The position numbers and the translations under genes were made by a program. DNA of 36,199 nucleotides from Paraglomus brasilianum. Lineage: Eukaryota. The stretch is taken from NCBI GenBank assembly GCA_910592345.1, contig CAJVPI010000300.1, positions 1 to 36,199 on the forward strand, read 5' to 3'. Each line of letters opens with the position of its first letter. Position 1 is the stretch's first letter. Shown in pieces: positions 1 through 9,343 of the stretch. The notes beneath the pieces were generated by a model. The model was not told the DNA's origin. It was given only the letters and a program-made list of their open reading frames with translations, and made no database searches.

Positions 1-516
1 AAGAACTATCTAATAGCAACGTCTTGCTGAATTATTTGATCTGAGAACTTGATCCGTACTGAAGATGATTTTTAACTACTATTCACGACTCGTATTTATA
101 ACTATTATCGTTTCACTAGCTGTCTAAACTTTCGAATATATGAGGAAAGTTGTACATAGTCCTTGTTCTCCCTTTTTCGAACATCTAGATTATTTGTCTA
201 AACTTTTGGATATATCTGGACAACCTATTTATATCCGTCTAGATTTATGGATATAAGCGGACTAGTACGTTTTGTCTAAGTTTTTGGCCCGTTTTGGCAA
301 CATCCGCACAATGCTGCGTAATTATCGGTGGCTGTGTTACTTGGATTTCGTGTACTGCGGAATCGGAGATTTTCGTGTGACGGAGCGGAAATCACGGAGG
401 AATACGTTGTATTAAGCCTTGATCCTGACAATTGGTTCAGATCAATCTCAATACATTTTCGGTATGAATTATTTATTGGTATAAAGTAAATCATATATAG
501 ACATTGTATAAATCAG

Positions 517-2668
517 TCATGTTAGACCCATGAGTTTTTTGGCAATTCTTGCTTCAGAGTATCTTCCCATCCTTCTCTTTTTACGCTGAGCAATCAATTT
601 TTCTCTCGTATAATGGACACACAACTGTATAATAATTATCTTATCATTACCAAATAGTGATATTTTGAAATACAGATGATAAATTTGTGCATATACTTAC
701 TGCCCACTTTATTAGAGCTTCATACATAAAAACGAAATTAGGCATATCTACCCAATCTTTTGGGAGACTAAAACGGTCCACTTCGAACAAACGATATGTT
801 CCTGATAATCACATAAAATTGAATTAGTTAGGCTATATATGACATCACTATGAAATTTTATGTATTACATACCACGAAAATCAAGCATTGTAAGGGAGAG
901 TTCAGTTTTGCAAGCAGTTGCACCATATACTCGAAGGCCTGTGTATACTTGTCTTCGTTCTGAAGCCTCTGTTACAATTATATAGTTAAACAGTTGTATC
1001 ATGCTTTTGATGTTCTTCTTATCATCGTTAACATTTTTTTCATTCCTCGCCCCTGGTCTTGCCCCTTCCATGCAAACAATTTGGTAGTTTGAGACATCAT
1101 TAAGGTATCCAACACCATCTGCCATGACTTTTGCTTTTCCTTGCAAAGAAATCTCACCACTAATGAAATTATGTAATTAATTCTAAGAAAATCAAAAAGA
1201 GAGAAATAAAGACAGTTTCAACTTACGATATATAATTAACACTTGCAAAAATCCACAATGCATTATCAATTAACGGATGTATAAATTGGTTGAGATGAGG
1301 TCTTTCTAACATCATAATATCTCTCAATGGGTTTAGTGCATCTAAAGAGAAGGCCTTTATACTATATGTAATAGTGTATTAGTAATTTTGTAAAATGGGA
1401 TACTCTAAAACTTCTTACTTACAATCGTCCCAATGTTCCCTTAAGCAGTTCTTTTGTACCTTGCAGTAATTCTGAGTCTTTTTCATTAATGACTATTCTC
1501 CGAACTGATTTGTGCCATCCTTGTTTACCGTGATCAGCATTAAAAAAGTCAGTGAGAAAATTATGAATTTCATCTGTTATATAATCCTTGTCTATTTCAT
1601 CGAAAACTTCATGTAGAATTTTATCTTGCAATTCTTGATCTAAGGAAAGGGATAGTTCTGAATGTAGTCGGAGGTCCATGGCAGGATAATTATTGAATTT
1701 TGAACGATATATTTCTAGAATATCTAGTTCAGCCTGAGTTGCTGATATATCGCAATCAAGAATATCATAAACGATTATCTATAATAAGACAAAACGAATT
1801 AATATTTTTCTTATCATATCCGTATGCATTGCAAATAAAAGATGCGGACCTTGTTTTCATCTAAATATTCTTCCTCATTTATATTACCGCTGTCGGCACT
1901 TTCGTCGCTTTTAATACCTTCCTCATTATTGGTGCCATCATTATTGCTGTTACTGCCGTCCTCGTTATTGGCGCTATCATTATTGTTACTACCTCTATCG
2001 TTATTGGTGCTATCATTATTGTTGTTACTGCCTTCCTCGTTATTGACGCTATCATTATTGTTACTACCTTCCTCATCATCGGCATTTTCATTATTCTGCT
2101 GAACAGTAATTAAAAATTTAAATATGCATCCACAATTGATAAAAGACTAATTCATAGTATTAATAATGTTACATTTTGTCTTCCTCCATTCCTGACAAGG
2201 GTGTTTAATTCTTGGTGTACTTCCACATTTGTTTCATGAATTTCATTACGAATTGACCTCTATCGGATAAAAGTTATCATAGTTAGTTGCGAACTTAGTT
2301 GAAAGTTTGTGATCGAACGCACCGATTTTTTTTCTATAAGCCACAATTCCCAATCTGAATTGCACTATTAATGAAGAAAGTATATGTTAGAGATACAATA
2401 TTAATATGCTATAAGTAAAACAAATTTGATTATATACATTAATAGTTTCTTTGAGATTTCTTAGTTTCGACTCTTTGTCCGAGTCCTCACAGAAATCAAT
2501 AGCCTCATCAAGGCATTTCCCGTACTTTTCAATTGCACGGGATTTATGTGTTGGGGTGATAAAACGAAAGAATTCTAGGGGAGTCGGATTGTTATATGAT
2601 ATCATCCAAAATATGTGGCGTTGTTTCATTTTCGTCCGTGAAGAAATCATACTTGGTATGTTATGCAT
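517..2668 (-). CDS. Gene L: 9-exon protein (~531 aa) with a C-terminal PD-(D/E)XK restriction-endonuclease-like domain (Crinkler/CR-REase-like); predicted catalytic residues retained
   Basis: Hand-spliced GT-AG exons 2668-2438, 2364-2323, 2259-2173, 2098-1850, 1778-1423, 1361-1227, 1159-873, 801-701 and 624-517 join in frame with no internal stop. Motifs: LERPHLNQFIHP...SGEISL...ADGVG...IVCMEG...KNVNDDKKN...YRLFEVDRFSLP, with a basic tail RKKRR. The start codon is uncertain and the fold call is from motif recognition only. Confidence 0.75.
1915..2090 (-). repeat. Coding tandem repeat (~39-42 nt units) encoding an Asn/Asp/Glu-rich tract in gene L exon 4
   Basis: Translates as DDEEGSNNNDSVNNEEGSNNNNDSTNNDRGSNNNDSANNEDGSNSNNDGTNNEEG. 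Confidence 0.85.
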
Positions 2669-2751
2669 TTTAATAAAAAAAGAGAGATGAGTGCATTTTG
2701 TTTGTTAAAAGTTAATTAATGACCTTGAAGTGTGCTGTTGTTTACTCAACG

Positions 2752-2931
2752 GCCGGCCATCCCTAGACGATGACTTGCCAATTACTTGGCTTCCGATAGA
2801 ACTCAGTTATCGCAGACGCCCTGAGTACTCAACAAACACCAAACAACTTTGTATTCCGAAGTCAGCCGGCCACCCCTAGACGATGACTTGCCAATTACTT
2901 GGCTTCCGATAGAACTCGTTATCGCAGACGC
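2752..2931 (-). ncRNA. Tandem pair of ~67 nt candidate structured RNA elements upstream of gene L (copies 2752-2819 and 2865-2931)
   Basis: Near-identical direct repeats with a period of 113. On the minus strand each folds into three hairpins: CGAUA/UAUCG, GCCAA-GUAA-UUGGC (GNRA tetraloop) and GUCAUC/GRUGGC. The repeat is certain; RNA function is inferred. Confidence 0.5.
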
Positions 2932-3093
2932 GTCATTCGTTCTTAGCAAAGTTGTCGAAAAGAAATTAAAAAAAAAAGTATAAAACCTACCTCACTCGAA
3001 GAGGTTTAAAGAAAACGCAAAACGGTTAACGGTTCTCTGGTTGTAGTGATATTGCAGATATGACTTATGACTTATCAGCGTGTATTTACTAAA

Positions 3094-3213
3094 GAGTCAG
3101 TGATGGCGAAAAAAAAGGCAGTCACATGATTTTTGAGTGATACGCCTTCTTCATGATTGGGTAACAAGTTTCACAATCATGTGACTGCCCTTTTTTTTCG
3201 CCATCACTGACTC
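3094..3213. promoter_or_regulatory. ~39 bp inverted repeat at the centre of the divergent intergenic region (candidate symmetric bidirectional promoter or tiny MITE)
   Basis: GAGTCAGTGATGGCGAAAAAAAAGGCAGTCACATGATT from 3094 matches the reverse complement of 3175-3213 apart from one extra G. The spacer is ~43 bp and no clear TSD is visible. Confidence 0.7.
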
Positions 3214-3431
3214 ATTATAAAAATATCAATGATAATGATGAAAGCAAACATCATACTTTGTGGTACACATGTGACTATTCCTACCGTGTAACTTTACCGA
3301 GGGACGCGCAAATAAAACTTGCCGAGTAAGATACAATTCACCATATTACCATAAAGAAGATTCTTGGAACGTAAAAAAGTAAGCCAATATTTGCAACATG
3401 CTGACTTTATAAAGCTTCAGTCGCGTATATC

Positions 3432-3662
3432 CCTACTGGCGTCTGGCTACTGCGTCCTGCGTTAGATGTTTGGTGCTATCCTGTAGGAATGTCCTTGAGC
3501 ATGCGTGTTCATTGCCTCCCCCCACATGCTAGTATCCAGGATGTACTGTGTATACCTACTGGCGTCTGGCCACTGCGTCCTGCGTTAGATGTTTGGAAAC
3601 ACCCTGTAGGAATGTCCTTGAGCATGCGTGTTCATTGCCTCCCCCCGACATGCTGTTTCCAG
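3432..3662 (+). ncRNA. Tandem pair of ~108 nt candidate pseudoknotted RNA elements upstream of gene R (copies 3432-3539 and 3555-3662)
   Basis: Direct repeats with a period of 123. Helices: CCUAC/GUAGG, GCGUCUGGC/GUUAGAUGU (G-U pairs work only on the + strand) and AGCAUG/CAUGCU. A crossing helix differs between copies but still pairs: UUGGUGCU/AGUAUCCAG versus UUGGAAAC/GUUUCCAG. Confidence 0.6.
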
Positions 3663-3766
3663 TATACCGCGACTTTTGCAATCTTCTTTTAACAATTTGC
3701 TGTGTGATGATACTTATGCTTTCAGTTACTCACTAATGCTACTATTATTTTACTGCGGAGATTAAG

Positions 3767-5985
3767 ATGTTCGAACCAATTATAAATGAATATCTTGAAA
3801 ATGCAGCATGCAAGGATTGGTCAATTATTGCCATTCTAGAATATATTAAATCAAAATCTCAAATAAACGCTGATATGATTGAGGTCGTGAAAGGAGAAAT
3901 ATATTCAGCTTTACAAAGTTTCAGAGACACTCGCAACGTCCACCTTCATGAGAATGCAAAAAACAAAGCAAGAAGACTTTTAACAAACTTTGATAAGTCA
4001 TTCGTTTCAGCTGATGTAAAGTTTTTTATCGATGAATTAGAACTACGAAATGAAAGAAGGGAATTCCATATAACAGTATGTCGAAATGTGACATCTGCAA
4101 ACACCTTACAAGCATTAGAGGTAAGATTTAATGCAATTTTAAGGAAAAAAACATTGCAATAGTTTTGATGAAACTTTATAGCAACATAGATCAACCAGAA
4201 ACGCAATTGAAGAAGTACGCAATACAAGTATAGCTATTTCCTCTGTTGATGATGGATCTTACCAGGTTATTGAAAAAGAAAATGGGATACAAGAGGTGTT
4301 AATTCGTTATTATACGTCTAAATAGTTAAATGTGTAACAATTTCATTAATATTTTGCGTTGATATTAATATCCATCATCATTCAGAACATTCGCAAGCGG
4401 TCATTTGCTGTGACCAACGATTTGCGTCCCTTTTATAACGATTCTTCATTCAATATAATTTTAACAATGGAAAAATATTGTAAAAAACAAGCGACTTCGA
4501 AGTTTGAGTAAGATTTTTTTATGCAAATCTTGGATCAATTACGGATTATGTGCATTTCAATAATTTTTGATCTGTTACTCCTGTGCAGTTTAGCACATAG
4601 CTACATCCTCGATCTTACACCCAAGTCGAAAATAGAGAGATATTTCGAGCCAGAAATATGGGAAAAGCTTATAGCTGACCGACCTGCTACAGCGAAACCT
4701 GAATATTATAGGGAAATTGAATTCATTTGTGATCATCTATTTGGTCCCCCTAGTAAAAAGGTAAGTATTTTTAATCTGTGCATTTGTTACAAATATTCAC
4801 GTCCTTATGATTTGTAGAAATAATGAAAACTTATGAACATTTGTGCATTGGTTACAAATATTCACATTGTCGTGATTTGTAGAAACGATGGAAACTTAAT
4901 GAATATCGTAAGAGATGGGAAAGTTTAAGAAATTTAGAGGTACCAGAATATGATAATGCTCCTTACGAAAAAGAAGATTGGAAAAGGATTTTGTATTGGG
5001 CAGAACGTGCTGTTGGATCATTGTAAGTCTTTTGCTTTGTGTTTGGATTATGTTGAACCCATCTTTTACTTAGGATTTTAGTCTTGATGCTTTTGAATCC
5101 GAGCATAACCCTATACAGCAAAATGATTGCGGAGAGAGAGAATGGTTTGGAGGTTATATAATTCCTATATTTCAAGGCGCCTTGACATTAAACACTGTTT
5201 GTCGTGTTCCTTGGTAAGTTATGCATCGATTCGCTTTCCCAATTTAAACTCAGTACCTAAGTTTTTATGGATTACTTTTAGGGGAGAGGTTACAGTAATT
5301 GCGACTGCTCGAAGAAAGAATCACGACAAAAATGCATTAGAATATCAGATTGAACGGGGCCATCTAGCTGATTTATCGTGCAAGATCAACCAACAAGAAG
5401 TTGTTTGTGGTTTGGCTTGTGGGGGACCTCATAAATATGACCTTACAAAGTGGGAATCCGATGAATATCATCTTCCAAGGATGCTTAAAGACACGTTGGA
5501 TGACATGCTGGAAAATTGTCGGAGTAGAAATATACGCGCATCAAATCTTTATACTATCGGAATTCAGGTGAGATTTTCACCCTTCTTGATGACTAGATAA
5601 TCTTGGGCTAAAATATAATTTTTGTCTTGAATCAGCAATATATGACGGAGATACGAATATATATGATGGAAAAACGTGATGTATATCGATTCCACCTCTT
5701 AAAATCATTCAATCTACCCCTCTCTCGTGCGTTATTTGGCAACTTACGTTTTGCTCTTTCATGGGCATGGAATATTAAGGTTTGATTTTAACTTATTTGA
5801 TTACTCGGGGGATTATCGTCACATTATCATAGATTAAAAAGTACTTCTTCCAGGGTCTTGTCGAACGCCTATCATTTGAATTGGAAGATGGAATGATTGT
5901 TTCCTCCAAAACTCCTGAACGCGATCCGCCCGACGAAATGAAGACTGATATAACGCCGGACAGATCGAAAAAGAAAAAAGTTTGA
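3767..5985 (+). CDS. Gene R: 9-exon protein (~531 aa) with a C-terminal PD-(D/E)XK-like domain; predicted catalytically degenerate paralogue of gene L
   Basis: Exons 3767-4120, 4182-4295, 4386-4507, 4589-4760, 4883-5022, 5082-5213, 5282-5567, 5636-5779 and 5854-5985 join in frame with no stops. Motifs: GEREWFGGYIIP...WGEVTVIATARRKN...ADL...EVVCGLACGG...KWESDEYHL...YRFHLLKSFNLP, with an NLS-like tail RSKKKKV. Confidence 0.78.
4777..4906 (+). repeat. ~65 bp tandem duplication spanning the intron 4 acceptor of gene R
   Basis: TGTGCATT(T/G)GTTACAAATATTCAC...TGATTTGTAG|AAA... occurs twice, at about 4777-4840 and 4842-4906. Confidence 0.85.
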
Positions 5986-6539
5986 ATGCCTTAATATTAC
6001 TCTGTGGTTGGCTATAGTCTGATGTTTCTAATATTAATTCACGACGAAAAAAAACTCAAATAAACGTTCAATTCGGCTTTGCTGAAACAAATTGTAATCC
6101 GTATTGATAATGTATACTTGGAAATGCTTTTTGCTTACCGAGTTAGTCTAATAATAAATCTCTCCGATTAAATAGAGAAATACTCAAGCGCGCCAAAACC
6201 GTTCTTTGAAGAGCCGGATAATATCGTATATGTACAGATATGTCCGGCAAATACATTGACTATACTAATACAGTATTTCCCAGAATCACATGATTACGTA
6301 ATGGTTAATATTAATATTAAACCATAAAAGCGTAAATCATCGTTTCTGACTATAACTCACAATGATATGTTTTTCACACAGGTTAACATATTAACTTTAA
6401 TGCGTCAATATGACTTTCCAATAGAATTAATCATTATCATAGTTTGTGTATATGTAACTTTCCCAATTTTGGACTTATTCATGTCATGTAAAATAAAAAC
6501 AAAAGCTTATTTTTAGTGTTATTTATTTTATATAATTAT

Positions 6540-7290
6540 AAGTTTAATCACTTGCCAACTCTGAGAGTTATTCTACTACAAAATGGCTCCATCTAGCAAG
6601 AGCATTTATAAAGCAAAAAACTTGCAATGCTTCTGAATATACTCACAGATAAAAATTCCACTTAATAGATGATGCATGTAAGTATTTGATAGACATAGAA
6701 GAATATTGGCATACAAACTCGGACATTCTTGAACATTAGGACATCATTCTTTCAAGTGCAGAGAGCATCACTTGTTATGTATTAGATACTGCAGAATCAA
6801 CAGGAGCTTGATCCAGTAATCATATCACCAAATACTAAGAGAAGCCTCTCAATATCAAGCTCTTTTGAAACCAGAACACTTATGGATAACTTCAAGTACA
6901 AAGTTTACCTCAACTCCAATTTACATTTGATCTCATAGTAATATAGGTTTGAATTCATGGACCAAATTTTAGTTGCATATTATAATTAGACACAATTGTG
7001 CCACTAAACCAAAGCTTCCTTAAAACTTATCAACTATATAAGCTAATAAATGTTCACTTTGTCTGGTTTTGTTTGCAGTATCTGGTGTTAGTATGCCCCA
7101 ATTTTTTTTCCATTGCATGCTTTTTAATAACAATGGATTTATGATCCTAAATGCATACCAGTTGTTTTTGGCTCTTACCTGAATTATCCTATATTCAATG
7201 GTAATAGAGTTGAGTGATTATGATGAATCAATTTGACCCAAGTGTGAAAGACTGGTTGAATTGCAATAGTTTACTGCTACCAAGATACAA
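6540..7290. pseudogene. CpG-depleted decayed sequence (probable gene or transposon relic, unidentified)
   Basis: About one CpG in ~750 bp, an excess of TG/CA, no long ORF, and residual ATG and GTAAGT signals on the + strand. Confidence 0.3.
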
Positions 7291-7913
7291 GACGACCACA
7301 TAGATTATTATCAACTATTGTCATTTGGCAAATCGTTGTCAGCTTGGAAAAAGATAATATATGTATACACAAATATTTCTGCAGTGTATGGGAACCCCAG
7401 CGCGTGATTTGATATAAAGTAACAACTTTGTGGTAACATACGATCTTGACATTACTGAAGTCTTTACAATTAGAAAGGGGCTTCTCTTCTCAATACGACG
7501 GCTTTGTGCAGCGAACTGTCTTTCGACATATTTACTGAGCGAATTCATTGGCAGCTGTTGCCTATTTCAATTTCCTGACCAAAGTTTTGGTCGGAAATTG
7601 ACCGCTGTCTGTTTTTATTAAGGTATTAATGACATGATGGTGGAGACGGGTCGTTTTAATACATTCCCATTGCTCAATTATTCCTCCTAGTTCACAAGCT
7701 GATCGGCATGTTTTTTGATTCCAAAGATACGCTATATATAGATAACTCGTAATGTTATCCAGAACGAAGCTTGCCTGTAACAATCTCCCGTACTTTTTGT
7801 TGGATTGATGTCTTTTCCATAGCAAATTGATTTATTATTATTGTATCACGAAATGTTGCCTAGGGAATCTATTACGATGCCATTTGAAAATTCACCTACG
7901 CCGCTTTTTAAAA

Positions 7914-8874
7914 ATGCCCTGTTCCATTCTTCTTATTGGTGACTCACTCACTGAAGGTTACTCGCAATATGGTCTTGTGTTTCATCCATATGCTCAAACT
8001 CTGCAAGAGCTGTTCGATAAAGCCGGAATTGATGTTACGGTAGGAAACTTGAGAGTTGAGAAAAAGTCGCAGTACAAACCAGAAAATTAAAAAAAGTTCC
8101 TCTGTTTTGTCATGAAAAGATAAAGCAAAAGGGTGTCTCGGGTGAGCGTGTCTGCGCCGGTACAATGCAGCAGCGGTTGCAGAAATATTTAGCAGCAAGG
8201 GAAGATATAGGGAATAAAATCGACTGGGTTGTAATAATGGCTGGTTAATAAATTGTATTTTTTGTCCAAGTTTTTGAAATATCGAATTATGAACATTCTG
8301 TAACAAGCCTCTATTATTCGATAGGAACAAATGACTTGGCTTCATCATCTGCAACCGACATCTTCGCGTCTTTGAAAGAAATGTATGATATTTGCGAAGA
8401 ATACAACTCAAAAGTACTTGCATTGTCTATTTTGGAAAATGGATGGGTAGGTCATAAGAATGCTGAGAGCGAACCATTATGGGTGACATCCAGTGACTCT
8501 TGTTGTATTCAATTCTCGTGTTCGTTAACGATTTCTATCCAAACCACATCCGATTTAAACTTTCTCCGTCCCTCCCCCACCGCCCAAAGGTGAATTTGAA
8601 TTCACGAAACAATATATCCCGTTCACAAAGTAACGCAATGATCCAATCCTACATTGCCTCCCGTACGCAAACGCCCGCTTCTTCTTCCAATTTGTTCTTT
8701 TACGATCTTGCTCGTGACTTTCCACTGGCGTCTCTTTCAGATGAGGAAGTAGATGAATATTGGGATTTCGATAAACTGCATCTTACTCCTGCTGGATATG
8801 ATCGGGTTGGAGAGTTGGTGTTTGGTGCTTTGAAGGCATTGATTGTCGATGGGTCGGGATTGCAGAGTGAGTGA
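7914..8874 (+). CDS. SGNH/GDSL-family hydrolase (~218 aa, 4 exons)
   Basis: Exons 7914-8039, 8120-8243, 8325-8446 and 8590-8874. All four blocks are present: ILLIGDSLTEG (I), GVSG (II), MAGTND (III) and DKLHLTPAGY (V). Confidence 0.9.
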
Positions 8875-9210
8875 TACTGAGGTGGAGGATGAGAACAATG
8901 GCGATAACGACTAAAAGTTAGAAAAAAGTCTTTATCACTTTGTGTAAATAATTTATTAAACTCTTTGATCATTTTGAAAGCATGTTTTTAAAAAGTTTAA
9001 TTGTACTCCTATCGAATGTTCTTTTTTTAATACAAACGTAAATCCAAACACACATTGTACACCGCCCCCCCCCCCAGTAAGACACTTGTTTTCTATAAAA
9101 CCCGAAAGAGAAAATTTACAGTTGCTTTTATTACGTTTAAAAGAAGTGGGGAGAATTTTAATTACAATAACCCTCGTTGAATTGCTCATAGAACAAACCT
9201 ACGAGAACAT

Positions 9211-9240
9211 TATATATATATATATATGTATATGTATATA
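9211..9240. repeat. (TA)n microsatellite
   Basis: tatatatatatatatatgtatatgtatata. Confidence 0.9.
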
Positions 9241-9343
9241 GAATTAATGCACAAACAAAACCAGCATGCCGTTTTCCTGTACTCCATATTTAGCGTCTAT
9301 GTTGCATACATCGCTTGTCCTCTCACACGCTCTCCGAAACCCG

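Noticed and set aside
1842..2102. Leu/Ser-rich + strand ORF and the 1879..2091 ORF
   Set aside because: These are antisense and off-frame shadows of the Asn-rich repeat exon of gene L.
2752..3662. CRISPR-like array or known ribozyme/riboswitch/tRNA
   Set aside because: There are only two copies of each repeat, the units are too long, and the context is eukaryotic with no cas genes. By eye I found no CUGANGA/GAAA hammerhead core, no P3/L3 of HDV ribozymes, no TPP consensus and no T-loop or anticodon geometry.
517..5985. Both hand-spliced CDSs total 1596 nt
   Set aside because: The total depends on uncertain choices (start codon of L, NAGNAG acceptor, one donor in R) and individual exon sizes differ, so it is treated as coincidence.
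361..6170. AATCGGAGATTT (361) versus AAATCTCTCCGATT (~6157) as TIRs around the L/R module
   Set aside because: The match is only ~12 bp with an indel, does not extend, and has no TSD.
7339..7825. Short minus-strand ORFs upstream of the SGNH gene
   Set aside because: No recognisable motif or consistent splice model was found.
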